Positions 1 to 10,354 of a stretch of 64,000 bases of DNA are shown piece after piece. The DNA is taken from positions 391,096-455,095 of the forward strand of contig OZ240616.1 of the NCBI GenBank assembly GCA_965198315.1, written 5' to 3'. The position numbers and the translations under genes are program-made. The stretch is from Candidatus Aldehydirespiratoraceae bacterium. Its GTDB lineage: Bacteria > Actinomycetota > Acidimicrobiia > Acidimicrobiales > Aldehydirespiratoraceae. Numbering within the stretch: the stretch's first letter is position 1; each line of letters opens with the position of its first letter. Under the pieces are notes generated by a model that did not search any database, was not told where the DNA came from, and was given only the letters and a program-made list of their open reading frames with translations.

Positions 1-331
1 TCTCCAAACCAACGACGCGGCGAGTGATCTCTTCGGCTAGGCGAACCTCGGCCTGCGTCGGCGCACCGTAGCTTGTGCCCAGAGCCGCTGCGGTTTGCAC
101 CGCTTCGGTTACAGCCGGGTGGGCGTGACCAAGAATCGTCGGGCCGTAGCTTTGGACGTAGTCGATGTAGCGGTTTCCTTCGACGTCGTAAACATAGGGA
201 CCGCTCGCTCGGGCAACGAAATACGGTGTCCCGCCCACCGACCCGAAGGCCCGCACCGGCGAATTGACACCTCCGGGGATGACTGCCTGAGCGCGGTCGA
301 ACAGCGCGCTGTTGGAAAGGTCGCTGCTCAC
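1..331 (-). CDS. hemL: glutamate-1-semialdehyde 2,1-aminomutase, N-terminal part (gene runs off the left edge)
   Basis: My own reverse-strand translation from GTG 331-329 gives [72 protein letters not shown], a canonical HemL N-terminus. The GTGA start/stop overlaps hemB. It is missing from the ORF track because it is truncated. Confidence 0.85.
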   Translation of the reverse strand, partial: MSSDLSNSALFDRAQAVIPGGVNSPVRAFGSVGGTPYFVARASGPYVYDVEGNRYIDYVQSYGPTILGHAHPAVTEAVQTAAALGTSYGAPTQAEVRLAEEITRRVVGLE

Positions 332-1308
332 TGGAGTCGCTCGGCAAGCAAACGTGCGAAGTAGCTGCAGACCAGATCTGCCCCGGAGCGCTTGATAGCC
401 AGAGTGTGCTCTAACGCCACCGCTTCAAGTTCCAACCAGCCCAATTGCGCGGCGGCGTGAACCATCGCGTATTCGCCGCTCACGTGGTAGGCCGCGATGG
501 GAATGTCGAACTCGGCTCGGGCACGAGCGATCACGTCGAGATACGGCAGAGCCGGCTTGACCATCACGATGTCCGCACCTTCAGCGATGTCTTCGCGAAT
601 TTCTTCGGCTGCCTCTCGGGCATTGGCCACATCTTGCTGGTAGCCGCGTCGGTCACCTCCACCGACAATGGTCACGTCGACCGCGTCACGGAAAGGGCCG
701 TAGAGAGCGGTCGCGTATTTCGCGGAGTAGGCGAGTATGGCGATTCGTTCCAAATCTGCTTCGTCGAGGGCTTTGCGGATGGCTGCTACTTGCCCGTCCA
801 TCATTCCCGAGGGTGCCACGATGTCGACACCGGCTTGTGCCTGGGCGACAGCGACTTGCGCATAGAGCTCAAGGGTGGCGTCGTTGTCTGGCTGACCGCT
901 GGGGTCCAGCACGCCACAATGACCATGATCGGTGTACTCGTCAAGACACAGATCGGCAATCAGTACCATCTCGTCGCCATGGTCCTCACGCAGCTCAGCG
1001 AGGGCGACTTGCACAATGCCATCGGGGTTCCAAGCTTCTGATCCTTCGGCGTCTTTGCTTTGCGGGATCCCGAAGAGCACGACCGCGCCGACGCCAAGGT
1101 CTCGAAGTTGGCTCACTTCGGCTCGCAGCGACTCTCGAGTGTGCTGGTAATGGCCGGGCAACGACGAGATCGGCTGCGGTTCGTCGATGCCTTCCCGCAC
1201 GAATAGCGGGGCGATCAGGTCATCGACATGAAGATGGGTTTCGGACACGAGGCGCCGTAAAGCGGGAGTTCGGCGCAGGCGGCGCAGGCGGCGTTGAGGA
1301 AACGGCAC
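328..1308 (-). CDS. hemB: porphobilinogen synthase (delta-aminolevulinate dehydratase)
   Basis: 326-aa ORF with [18 protein letters not shown] and [10 protein letters not shown] motifs typical of HemB. It lies in a hem gene block. Confidence 0.95.
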   Translation of the reverse strand: MPFPQRRLRRLRRTPALRRLVSETHLHVDDLIAPLFVREGIDEPQPISSLPGHYQHTRESLRAEVSQLRDLGVGAVVLFGIPQSKDAEGSEAWNPDGIVQVALAELREDHGDEMVLIADLCLDEYTDHGHCGVLDPSGQPDNDATLELYAQVAVAQAQAGVDIVAPSGMMDGQVAAIRKALDEADLERIAILAYSAKYATALYGPFRDAVDVTIVGGGDRRGYQQDVANAREAAEEIREDIAEGADIVMVKPALPYLDVIARARAEFDIPIAAYHVSGEYAMVHAAAQLGWLELEAVALEHTLAIKRSGADLVCSYFARLLAERLQ

Positions 1309-1395
1309 CCTGCAAGGTTAGGGCCTAGCGGGACCAGAGCGAAGCGAACCGGAGCGAACAGCGCGAAACGAACCGGAGCGGAAAGCACCGCGCCG

Positions 1396-2058
1396 TTAGA
1401 ACATGCGGCCCTCAATGCGGCTGGCGGCCAGCCACACCCCCATGTCGTAGATGGTCTGAGCCATCGCCTGACCAATGAGGTCCAGCTTGCGCACCTGCTC
1501 AATTCGGACAGATGCCTGCTCGAGTTCTCGCCTTGGCAAAAGTTCCCGGAAGAGACCACAAGCGTCGGCCAAGCAGATGATCACAACGTCGCGGGGGTCT
1601 GGGATCTCGTCGCTGAACAGCACACCCAAAATCCGCAGCTTCACTTCGCGTTCGGCTTTGCCGTCGATGACCGGGTAGCGACGTGACTTGAACACCCACA
1701 AGAAGCGGTCGTCTTCACGTTCCAAGATCCCCACTTCGACAAGACGGTTGAGCGCCTCCTCGCGGATCTCTTCAGCGTGTGTGGCTTCCTGTTCAACCCA
1801 GTAACGGGCGTCACGCTCCGCACCATCCCGGTCCTCAACGATTCGAGCTAACGTCGGGTCTAGAAGGCTGTCACCAACTGGTGTGTCATCAAGCAGAACC
1901 AGTCTCTCCGGGTCGGTGTCGATGCGATATTCCATCGCCAAGTCCATCAGCACTGCACCGGCAAGGATCCGGTCCAGTAGCCAACTCGGCACATGCACGA
2001 ACTTCCCGTCGTCGTCACGCAACAACAGGAGAACGACTTCCTCAGCAAATCTCAACAT
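1396..2058 (-). CDS. GPP34/GOLPH3-family protein
   Basis: 220-aa ORF. The N-terminal LRFAEEVVLLLLRDDDGKF...ILAGAVLMDL pattern resembles bacterial GPP34 family members. Recognised from memory only. Confidence 0.65.
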   Translation of the reverse strand: MLRFAEEVVLLLLRDDDGKFVHVPSWLLDRILAGAVLMDLAMEYRIDTDPERLVLLDDTPVGDSLLDPTLARIVEDRDGAERDARYWVEQEATHAEEIREEALNRLVEVGILEREDDRFLWVFKSRRYPVIDGKAEREVKLRILGVLFSDEIPDPRDVVIICLADACGLFRELLPRRELEQASVRIEQVRKLDLIGQAMAQTIYDMGVWLAASRIEGRMF

Positions 2059-2151
2059 GGTCTCTATTGACCCCCTGTCTTGTTTGATTTCGCAACTCTA
2101 GAACGAGTCCTGAGTCCGGACCGAGGTTAGCAGCCCCACATTGACCGAACT

Positions 2152-2934
2152 TTATCGCTCGGTTCTGGTGGCGTCGGAGCCGCAATCGGTCCCGTGGAAG
2201 TCGACGATTGCGGACACGAGTCCGCCAATGGTGTGGGGTTCGGCTACAACGCTGACCGTCAGGCCCAACCCATGTGCGGTGGCGGCTGTCGCTGGACCGA
2301 TGCAGGCAACGATTTCGGGGAGGTTGTCAGGGCCGACAGCCGCATACAAATGACTGACTGTCGATGACGAGGTGAACGCCACCACATCACTTTGACGACA
2401 AGCCAAGATATCGGCGTCGCTGACCGGTACGCCGACTGTTCGGTATGCCGCTACATCGTGAACTGTCCATCCCAGCTCGCGGAGTCCTTCTGGAAGCAAC
2501 CTGCGAGCTTCATAAGCGCGGGCCAATAGAACCGTCGCGTCCGGGTGGCGGGGTTGAGGAAACGATTCGAGCAGGCCTTCTGCAATTGAGGTATCCGGGA
2601 CGAGATCAACTTCGATGCCCAACTCTTGGGCACGGTCGCAGGTGCCGGGGCCTATTACGGCAACAGAGACCCCCTCGGCCAGCGGTGCCAGAGCCAGAGC
2701 TTCGGAGACTTTGTTTGCGCCGTTGGGGCTGGTGATCACGAGCCAGTCATCACCGCCCAGACCGGCGAGATGTTCTCGCAAGCCAGCACCTCCATCGGCG
2801 GGGTCCACGATCTGGATCACCGGCACGACGACTGCTGTGGCGCCGAGTTCTTCTAGTGCGTCGGCAAGCCCCCCAGCTTGATGGCGGGCCCTGGTCACCA
2901 CCACCCGAACACCGTCGAGGGGACGTTCAGCCAT
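2152..2934 (-). CDS. hemD: uroporphyrinogen-III synthase
   Basis: 260-aa ORF with HEM4-like two-lobe pattern (VVVTRARHQAGGLADAL, VVAFTSSSTV). It overlaps the hemC stop by 8 nt and sits between hemC and hemB. Confidence 0.85.
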   Translation of the reverse strand: MAERPLDGVRVVVTRARHQAGGLADALEELGATAVVVPVIQIVDPADGGAGLREHLAGLGGDDWLVITSPNGANKVSEALALAPLAEGVSVAVIGPGTCDRAQELGIEVDLVPDTSIAEGLLESFPQPRHPDATVLLARAYEARRLLPEGLRELGWTVHDVAAYRTVGVPVSDADILACRQSDVVAFTSSSTVSHLYAAVGPDNLPEIVACIGPATAATAHGLGLTVSVVAEPHTIGGLVSAIVDFHGTDCGSDATRTER

Positions 2935-3883
2935 TGTCTGCCCATCGGGATTCCGCTAGCAGAGCGCGGCCTCCAGCGTCGTTGAGCAGGTAGCGGCCCA
3001 CGCCACGGCCGAGAGCATCCGGGTCTGTGCCGCGGCGTTGTTCACGAACCAACCTCTGACCGTCGAGTGAGGCCAGCATTCCTACCAATTCGATATTGCC
3101 GTCACCGCCGGCAGCATCGTTGAGCACTGCAACCGCACCCGCTGGAAGCGTGCAATCACCGCCGAGTTCGTGAAGAAACGCGCGTTCGGCATCCACGACT
3201 AGCCGTGTTCTGGGATCCTCAATAGCACGCAGCGCAGCAATCGTGTCTTCGTCGTCTGCTCGGCATTCGACTGCCAGCGCACCTTGGGCAACTTGGGGGA
3301 CCATCACCTCAGGATCAAGTGGTTCAACTACTTCGATGTCTAGTTCGAGGCGTTGGATAGCTGCCATGGCCATCACGATCGCGTCAAACTGTTCGGCCTT
3401 CTTCAGACGCGTTGCGATATTGCCACGCAGTTCAGAGAACTCCAGGTCCGGTCGGTGCCAAGCGAGTTGGGCGCGTCGGCGCACGGATCCGGTGGCGACT
3501 CGGGCCCCTTCACGCAAATCTTGCAGGCGGGTTCCCACCAGCGCGTCACGGGCATCACCGCGCTGTGGCACCGCCGCAAGCAGCAGCCCATCGGGTGTAG
3601 AAGACGTGAGGTCTTTCGCGGAATGAACTGCAATATCGGCGCGACCATCAAGCACCGCCTGTTGTACTTCTTTGGAGAAGACTCCCTTGCCGCCCATTGA
3701 GTGGATTGGAGTGTCTGTTCGTCGATCACCCGCTGTCGACACCGCGAGTTCTTCCAGGCTCTCAACCAGACCTGCCCCGACCAGCAGTGACGCCACATGA
3801 CGGGTCTGCCACAGAGCCAAAGGGCTTTGACGTGTGGCTGCAAGCATTTTTCGCCGCCTCGCCTCAGAGATCGTAGAGATCAC
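2927..3883 (-). CDS. hemC: hydroxymethylbilane synthase (porphobilinogen deaminase)
   Basis: ATRQSPLALWQT and GGKGVFSKEVQQAVLDGRADIAVHSAKDL motifs. An alternative start (Met13, nt 3847) would remove the overlap with hemA. Confidence 0.95.
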   Translation of the reverse strand: MISTISEARRRKMLAATRQSPLALWQTRHVASLLVGAGLVESLEELAVSTAGDRRTDTPIHSMGGKGVFSKEVQQAVLDGRADIAVHSAKDLTSSTPDGLLLAAVPQRGDARDALVGTRLQDLREGARVATGSVRRRAQLAWHRPDLEFSELRGNIATRLKKAEQFDAIVMAMAAIQRLELDIEVVEPLDPEVMVPQVAQGALAVECRADDEDTIAALRAIEDPRTRLVVDAERAFLHELGGDCTLPAGAVAVLNDAAGGDGNIELVGMLASLDGQRLVREQRRGTDPDALGRGVGRYLLNDAGGRALLAESRWADNG

Positions 3884-5138
3884 GCAGAGATTCAGCTAGA
3901 CGATCTCCGCGGGCCCGTCCTGCAGCGTCTTTGAGATGCGTTGACGGCCCGTGCAACATCTTGTTGACTATCCGCTTGGTCAAAGTTTCGACGACCGCCA
4001 GTTGTTCGGCATTGAGGTCCGACAGTTTCGCGGTTATCCGCTCGAGTTCTGCCAACCTGATCTCGTCGGCCTGCTGACGCAACGCGCTGATCAGCGGCGC
4101 CACCTCACGTGCTGAAGTGATCGATTGGTAGCGCTGAACTTCAGCGTCGACGATCTCTACGACACTGGCCACTTCGCGGTTGCGGCTCTGGAGGCCACCA
4201 TCGATGAAATCGCCGATGTCGTCCATGTTGAGCAGTGTGACTCCTTTGAGTCGGCTGGCCGCCGGGTCGACATCACGGGGAACGGCAATATCAACGATCA
4301 CCAGCGGTAGATCGCCGCGCCGAACGGACATCGTTGCCACATCCGTGGCCTGCAGGATCAGTTCCTGAGCTCCGGTGGTGGTTACCAGCACCGCTGCTCG
4401 CGAAAGAGCGTCAGGAAGTTCCTCAATATGAACGGCGGTGCCGTCGCAGACCGCGGCTAGTTGCTCGGCTCGGTCATATGTGCGGTTGGCTACAACAATC
4501 TCCGAGGCGCCGGCCTTAGCCAAAGATTTGACGGTTCCTTCAGCCATCTCACCAGCACCGATCACCAATACGCAGCGCCCGGCTATGCCGCCGATACGTT
4601 CGTTGGCCATCGCCACTGCAGCTTGAGAGACCGAGGCGATTCCACGGCCGATTGAAGTCTCAGACCGGGCGCGTTTTCCCACTTCAATGGCGTGACGGAA
4701 GAGAGCACCGAGCACCGATCCGACGGCGTGTTCGGTGACGGAACAATCCCAAGCGTCCCGCACCTGCCCCAGGATTTCATGTTCGCCGACAACGGCGGAA
4801 TCAAGTCCTGCGGCGACCGAGAATAGATGTCGAACAGCGTCAGCGTCGTGGTATGCGTAGAGATGGTCAGCCACATCCTCGGGGGCCAGACCTGCATGGC
4901 GAGCCAGAAACTCGCGTACATCTTGGTAACCGCCGTGGAAGCGCTCGGCGAAGGCGTACACCTCAACACGATTGCAAGTGGACAGCACCACAACTTCAGA
5001 GAGATGGTCTGCTTCCGACAACCCGCTCAGCACCTTCGGCAGTTGATCGGCAGCGACGGTCATCTGCTCAAGCTTGGCGAGCGGAGTCGACCGATGATTA
5101 CAACCAATCGCAACGATCGACACAGCCAAATTCCTCAA
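3864..5138 (-). CDS. hemA: glutamyl-tRNA reductase
   Basis: VLSTCNRVEVY catalytic-Cys motif and VIGAGEMAE NADPH-binding fold. 424 aa. Confidence 0.95.
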   Translation of the reverse strand: MRNLAVSIVAIGCNHRSTPLAKLEQMTVAADQLPKVLSGLSEADHLSEVVVLSTCNRVEVYAFAERFHGGYQDVREFLARHAGLAPEDVADHLYAYHDADAVRHLFSVAAGLDSAVVGEHEILGQVRDAWDCSVTEHAVGSVLGALFRHAIEVGKRARSETSIGRGIASVSQAAVAMANERIGGIAGRCVLVIGAGEMAEGTVKSLAKAGASEIVVANRTYDRAEQLAAVCDGTAVHIEELPDALSRAAVLVTTTGAQELILQATDVATMSVRRGDLPLVIVDIAVPRDVDPAASRLKGVTLLNMDDIGDFIDGGLQSRNREVASVVEIVDAEVQRYQSITSAREVAPLISALRQQADEIRLAELERITAKLSDLNAEQLAVVETLTKRIVNKMLHGPSTHLKDAAGRARGDRLAESLRDLYDL

Positions 5139-5204
5139 ATCCGACGCTCGAGCGGGTCGCTCGTGGCACCGTTCGATTTCCAGACCAACAAAACGGTACC
5201 GGGC

Positions 5205-5870
5205 TCAGGAGCTTTCGGCGACCCCGCCGGTGTCTTGTGGTTGTTGGCGTTGGAGATGGAACCCGAGAATCTGCAGTTCGGTGGAGAGATCGACGGAGCG
5301 GACGTCAATCTCGGAGGGCGCCACGAGCACCGCGGGGGCAAAGCTGAGAATCGAGCGAACCCCAGCTTCGACAAGCAGGTCCACGGTTTCCTGTGCTGCT
5401 TCGGCAGGAGTGGTGATCACCCCGATAGCGATCTGATGGGTGGCCACGACCTCAGCCAGGTGCTTGGGATGGTGCACGGTCACCCCGTCGATGGTGGCGC
5501 CGATCTTGTCGGGATCGGTGTCCACTGCGGCGACCACCGGGAACCCTCGGTCTGTGAAACCGGTGTGGTTGGCGAGCGCTCGGCCAAGGTTGCCGAGTCC
5601 GCAGACTACGACCGGCCAAGTGTTGGTCACGCCCAGAGCACGGCTGATCTCGACGATCAGATGGTCAACGTTGTAACCCACGCCTCTCGTTCCGTGCGGA
5701 CCCAGATAGCTGAGATCCTTTCGGACTTTTGCGTCGTTGACACCGGCCAATTCAGCAAGGCCCAGCGACGAAACCGTTGTTGGGCCGCTCGCAGCCAACT
5801 CCACAAGGCTCCTCAGGTACACGGGCAAGCGAGCAACAGTGGCTTCTGGGATGGGTTCGTGGTCGTTCAC
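5205..5870 (-). CDS. rex: redox-sensing transcriptional repressor Rex
   Basis: ATVARLPVYLRSL winged-helix segment and VVVCGLGNLGRALA Rossmann motif. The track ORF extends to 6059, but that extension overlaps the upstream ligase gene. GTG at 5870-5868 (VNDHEPIPE) is the plausible start. Confidence 0.9.
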   Translation of the reverse strand: MNDHEPIPEATVARLPVYLRSLVELAASGPTTVSSLGLAELAGVNDAKVRKDLSYLGPHGTRGVGYNVDHLIVEISRALGVTNTWPVVVCGLGNLGRALANHTGFTDRGFPVVAAVDTDPDKIGATIDGVTVHHPKHLAEVVATHQIAIGVITTPAEAAQETVDLLVEAGVRSILSFAPAVLVAPSEIDVRSVDLSTELQILGFHLQRQQPQDTGGVAESS

Positions 5871-5904
5871 TGACACAACCGTAGCCTTGCGAGTTACTGC
5901 CGAG

Positions 5905-7398
5905 TTAACGCAGTTCGCGACGCAGCACCTTGCCACCCATGCCCCGCGGGATCTCGTCGACGAAATCGATCTTGGTGGGACATTTGTAACGAGCCAACTC
6001 GTTGGCACACCATGCCACCAGTTCGTCCTCCTCCACCATGTGGCCGTCTTCGGCCACAACGAAAGCCTTCACTGTCTCTCCGCTGTGTGGGTGCGGTATC
6101 CCGACAACACCTGCTTCGCGAACCGCCGGATGGGTGACGAGCACCTGTTCAACTTCGGCTGGGAATACGTTGAATCCAGAAACAATGACCAGATCCTTGG
6201 CTCGGTCCACCAGGTAGAGATAGCCGTCGTCGTCGACCACTGCGATGTCACCGGTGTGGAGCCATCCCGCCTCATCAATGACCCTGGCGGTGGCGATCGG
6301 ATCACCGAGGTACCCGCGGAACACGTTGGGGCCTCTCACTAGAACCTCACCCGGGTCACCGACGTACACATCTCCGCCATCGTCAACAAGGCGTACTTCC
6401 ACGCCCGGTATTGGCTGGCCTATTGAACCGATGGGAGCGTCTGTGCCGGTCGCGAGCGTTACTGTCGGGCTTGCCTCGGTCAGGCCGTAACCCTCATAGA
6501 TCCGAATTCCGAAGCGGGTCTGTGCTTCTTCCACCACCCGGTCCGGGATTGCCGCGGCACCAGAGGCGGCCAAGCGAATCGAGGAGAACGCCCCTTCTTC
6601 AACGTCTTGGAGATGGGTCAACGCCGACCACATGGTGGGTGGACCGGCCATGGTGCTGACTTGTTCTTCGACTACGAGTTCGACCATCGACACCGGATCA
6701 AACCGTTCAACCAACACGAGCGTCGCGCCGACCCAAAGCGAGACATTGAGGATCGAGTTGAGTCCCAGCACATGAAAGAGGGGAACGACACATACAGACA
6801 CATCGTCTGGGCGGGCAATCTGTTCGGGTCGGGCCAGTACCTGGCGAATATTCGACGCCAGGTTGCCGTGGGTGAGCATGGCGGCTTTGGGGCTGCCTGC
6901 GGTGCCGCTCGTGAACAGCAGGGTCGCCAACTGCTCGTCGTCCCTGTCGACGATCGGCACCGGTGCGGCTCGGGCGACGGCTGCGTCGAGATCGATCGCG
7001 CCTTCGAATACTGAACCTGCCGGCACAAGGCAATGTTCAAGCGCCGCAACCTCTGTTCGGTCGAGCGTTTCCAGAGCAGCCACTCCTGCGGGGCCGGCAA
7101 TCACTGCTCTGGCATTGACAACCGACAGTTCACGTTGGATCTCAGCCGCGGGTGCCTGCGGATTGAGGGGAACCGCAACCATGCCTGCTCCAATCGCCGC
7201 ATACCACCCACGCACAAACCGTGTGTTCGTGCCGCAAAGAATGGCGACTCTGTCTCCCGGCTCGAGGCCGCGACCAACGAGCACACCTCGGGTGGCGGCG
7301 ATCTCTTCTCGGAGTTGGCCATACGAGACGCGGTCGCTACCGGAAACGATGGCCGTGCGGCTACCGGGATGGTCTTCGAGCAGAGTGGCGAGGTTCAC
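5905..7398 (-). CDS. AMP-dependent synthetase / long-chain fatty-acid--CoA ligase
   Basis: LFTSGTAGSPKAAML (AMP-binding), GYGLTE and TGDIAVVDDDGYLYLVDRAKD motifs. 497 aa. Confidence 0.85.
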   Translation of the reverse strand: MNLATLLEDHPGSRTAIVSGSDRVSYGQLREEIAATRGVLVGRGLEPGDRVAILCGTNTRFVRGWYAAIGAGMVAVPLNPQAPAAEIQRELSVVNARAVIAGPAGVAALETLDRTEVAALEHCLVPAGSVFEGAIDLDAAVARAAPVPIVDRDDEQLATLLFTSGTAGSPKAAMLTHGNLASNIRQVLARPEQIARPDDVSVCVVPLFHVLGLNSILNVSLWVGATLVLVERFDPVSMVELVVEEQVSTMAGPPTMWSALTHLQDVEEGAFSSIRLAASGAAAIPDRVVEEAQTRFGIRIYEGYGLTEASPTVTLATGTDAPIGSIGQPIPGVEVRLVDDGGDVYVGDPGEVLVRGPNVFRGYLGDPIATARVIDEAGWLHTGDIAVVDDDGYLYLVDRAKDLVIVSGFNVFPAEVEQVLVTHPAVREAGVVGIPHPHSGETVKAFVVAEDGHMVEEDELVAWCANELARYKCPTKIDFVDEIPRGMGGKVLRRELR

Positions 7399-7555
7399 GG
7401 TGACGGGGTCCTTATCGAGATCACCGTAATGATGGCACGCGCTCCATCAGCAAGCCGTGGAACCTATCGGGTTGTTCACAACAACAGGAACTGCAACGCT
7501 GAGGCACCCAGAATCAGGACCAGCAGGATGACAACGACGATGGTGGTTCCGCTTC

Positions 7556-8497
7556 TCATTGGGAGCGTTCCTTTCTTTGGATCTCGACTGCGATGGTCGC
7601 ACCGCCTTGTTGCGCTTGTGTTTGGGCTGTGCTGGGGTCGGTTGCTGCTAGGCGAACCTCGTCGCCTTCGGCCAGGTCGAATTCGCTTGCAGATGATCCT
7701 CGCGCGATCGCCAGTGAAAGCAAACCACTGGAGTCGACCATCAGGCCTGCTCGACCGGTGGGGATCTGGTCGTATGCCTCGGTTCGCATCCCGATTCTCT
7801 CCGTGTTCGGCATGACAACCAGCATTGTTGTACCGAAGCGGTCAACGTCGACGGGATCGACGTTCAACTGGCAGTTGCCGAAGCGGTCGATCCACAACAC
7901 TTCGGCCACGAGTTCGTCGCCGTCTTGGTGGCTTACCGGCAGCACACCGGGTACCAGGCCGGCGGGGTCGATATCTTCTCCGAGTTCTTCTGGTGGAACC
8001 CCATTGCACAGGTGCGCTGCAGCCGGCGCGAACACGTCACGGCCATCGAAGGTTGCACCTCCAGCCAAGGGCACGCGGTGGTCTTGCGATGTCAGTTCGA
8101 TGGCCCGTGTGGCACCGCCCACGAGACCGACCGCCGGGGCCAACAGCCCGTTGTCGGGTCCGATCAGATAGGACGCTCCGTCGCCGACTTCGATTGCGAC
8201 CGCTCGTCGCTGGGTTCCCACACCCGGGTCGACTACCGCCACAACCACGCCGGGGCACAGATAGTTGGCGGCTCGGGCGAGGGCCAGACCTCCGGCTCGG
8301 GTGTCGTGCGGGGTTATTCCGTGTGTGACATCGATGATCGCGACGTGCGGGGCGATTGAGCGGATCACCGAGTGGACTACGCCCACGAATTCGTCTTCGT
8401 GCCCGTAATCGGACAGGAACGAGATGGTGTCGAATCGGGCGGTCACGACGACGTCAGCTTCCGAGTTCGCGTGATCTCTGTGTGGCTGCCCGCACAA
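7556..8497 (-). CDS. SAM hydrolase / SAM hydroxide adenosyltransferase family protein (DUF62)
   Basis: SFLSDYGHEDEFVGVVH and VVAVVDPGVGT motifs. The real start may be GTG at 8446, which avoids overlap with proC. Confidence 0.8.
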   Translation of the reverse strand: MCGQPHRDHANSEADVVVTARFDTISFLSDYGHEDEFVGVVHSVIRSIAPHVAIIDVTHGITPHDTRAGGLALARAANYLCPGVVVAVVDPGVGTQRRAVAIEVGDGASYLIGPDNGLLAPAVGLVGGATRAIELTSQDHRVPLAGGATFDGRDVFAPAAAHLCNGVPPEELGEDIDPAGLVPGVLPVSHQDGDELVAEVLWIDRFGNCQLNVDPVDVDRFGTTMLVVMPNTERIGMRTEAYDQIPTGRAGLMVDSSGLLSLAIARGSSASEFDLAEGDEVRLAATDPSTAQTQAQQGGATIAVEIQRKERSQ

Positions 8498-9248
8498 CCC
8501 TGCCTACGAGTTCGACCAGATCGGCTTCGACAAACACGGCCAAGCCCGCTGCGGTGGTGCCTCCCGGTGAGGTGACGTTGCTGCGCAGTACTGCCGGGTC
8601 TTCACCCGATTCTGAGAGCAGTGTGGCCGCCCCCAGAAGGGTTTGACGGGTGAGGGCATCGGCTACTTCGGGAGCTAAGCCTTCGGCGATTCCGGCTGCG
8701 GTCAGCGCTTCGGCTAGGTGAAACAGATAGGCGGGGCCTGATCCGGACAGCCCGGTGACTGCGTCTAGGTCGCTTTCAGCGACGATTTCGACGGTGCCGA
8801 CCGCGCCCATGATGCTGGACGCCCAATCAAGATCGTCTGGACCTGCCGCAGCGCCTTCGGCGATGGCCGCTGCTCCTTTTCCGACCAGCGCCGGAGTGTT
8901 GGGCATAGCGCGCACAACCACCGTGCCGGCCGGCAGCTGCGCTTCGATCACCTCGGTCCGCACACCCGCGGCGATAGACAGCACTCGGCTGACTCCGGCT
9001 TTTGCCAAACCCCCCAAGACCGCGGCTACCACATCCGGTTTGACGGCGATCAGCGCGTCGATTTCGTCAATCGGTTCGGTCCCGATCGACATCGTCGGGT
9101 GTTCTGCCGCGAGCAACGCCCGGCGCTCGGCGACAGGCTCTACGACATGCAGTTCGTCGGCTGTCGCCCAGCCGCGATCGACCAGTCCCCCTAGTAGCGC
9201 CTCGGCCATTTTGCCGCCACCAATCATCTGCAGCTTCATCCGACGCAC
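8454..9248 (-). CDS. proC: pyrroline-5-carboxylate reductase
   Basis: N-terminal MIGGGKMAEALLGG dinucleotide fold and C-terminal VTSPGGTTAAGL motif. Confidence 0.9.
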   Translation of the reverse strand: MRRMKLQMIGGGKMAEALLGGLVDRGWATADELHVVEPVAERRALLAAEHPTMSIGTEPIDEIDALIAVKPDVVAAVLGGLAKAGVSRVLSIAAGVRTEVIEAQLPAGTVVVRAMPNTPALVGKGAAAIAEGAAAGPDDLDWASSIMGAVGTVEIVAESDLDAVTGLSGSGPAYLFHLAEALTAAGIAEGLAPEVADALTRQTLLGAATLLSESGEDPAVLRSNVTSPGGTTAAGLAVFVEADLVELVGRVVRAATQRSRELGS

Positions 9249-9307
9249 CGTAGCCCACCAGGCCTCGTTTCATTGGCAGTTTGGCCGCTGGGCAGTAGCG
9301 TGCGCGT

Positions 9308-10228
9308 ATGCATGGAGGGGACTTGTTGGCTGGGTCGTGTGCGTCAACCGGTTCGATTGCTTGTGTGGGCTTGGATCCTCGGCCGGAGCTCATTCCCGGT
9401 GAGATCGTCAGATCTGCGGTCGCGCAGAGTGATGACCCGCGCCGGCAGGTGGCGATTGCTTTCGAGACGTTCATGGTGTCGATCGTGCGTGCCGTGGCGG
9501 GCCATTGTGCGGCGGTGAAGCCGCAGGCTGCGTGTTACGAAGCTTACGGTTCAGCTGGTTGGCAGGTGTTGGAACGGGTTGTGGCCGAGGCTCGGAGGCT
9601 CAAGGTTCCCGTCATTGTGGATGCCAAACGCTCCGACATCGGTTCAACTGCAGTGCACTATCGACAGGGCTTGCTGACGTCTGCACCCGGGCTGGTCGGC
9701 TCCCAACAACTACCGGGGTTGGGTGCTGACTGGATCACCGGCAACCCATACCTGGGGGGTGATTCTGTCGAACCGTTGCTCGGTTCGCCTGGAGAGGGCA
9801 AAGGTGTCTTTGTGCTGGTGCGCACTTCCAACCCGGGCGCACAAGATTTTCAGGACCAGATCGTTGGCGACGATTCGCTGTTGACGGTCGTAGCGGCAAA
9901 AGTTCACGAATGGGGACAGGGGCGCCAGGGTGCTAACGGGTTTTCTGATGTTGGAGCCGTGGTCGGAGCTACTTGGCCCTCCGAAGCGGCAGAGTTGCGG
10001 GCCATTCTTCCCAACACGCTGTTCTTGGTGCCCGGGTTCGGAGCTCAAGGAGCTGGCGCCGAACAGGCTGTGGCTGGTTGCACCGCTCAGGGAACCGGGA
10101 TTATCGTCAATTCCAGTAGGGCAATCCTGGGAGCTTGGCAATCAGAGCCCGACGGGACCAACCCAGTCGAAGTGGCCCGCGCCGCCCTGGACGAGATGAA
10201 CCTGCAACTATCGGCCGCTCTCCCATAG
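9308..10228 (+). CDS. pyrF: orotidine 5'-phosphate decarboxylase, type 2
   Basis: VGLDPRPELIP, AVKPQAACYE and VDAKRSDIGST motifs typical of the long actinobacterial PyrF. Confidence 0.85.
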   Translation: MHGGDLLAGSCASTGSIACVGLDPRPELIPGEIVRSAVAQSDDPRRQVAIAFETFMVSIVRAVAGHCAAVKPQAACYEAYGSAGWQVLERVVAEARRLKVPVIVDAKRSDIGSTAVHYRQGLLTSAPGLVGSQQLPGLGADWITGNPYLGGDSVEPLLGSPGEGKGVFVLVRTSNPGAQDFQDQIVGDDSLLTVVAAKVHEWGQGRQGANGFSDVGAVVGATWPSEAAELRAILPNTLFLVPGFGAQGAGAEQAVAGCTAQGTGIIVNSSRAILGAWQSEPDGTNPVEVARAALDEMNLQLSAALP

Positions 10229-10238
10229 AGGGAGGGGG

Positions 10239-10294
10239 GACCGGCGGGAACGAAGATGCACACTTCCCCGAGTACACCGCCGTCCCGCCGGGTC
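10239..10294. terminator. imperfect GC-rich hairpin between convergent pyrF and the YbjN-like gene
   Basis: gaccggcggga (10239-10249) pairs with tcccgccgggtc (10283-10294) with one bulge. The loop is long (~33 nt), so this is a weak call. Confidence 0.3.
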
Positions 10295-10354
10295 AATGAC
10301 TAATATACATGAGACTGATTGAAACCCAACCAAAAATGGGATCAGTTTCAAATA

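Noticed and set aside
4827-5873. 348-aa plus-strand ORF
   Set aside because: It is antisense to hemA and rex, which are both unambiguous.
5871-6059. 5' extension of the Rex ORF
   Set aside because: It overlaps the 3' end of the acyl-CoA ligase gene and is Trp/Arg-rich. Rex homology begins at GTG 5870.
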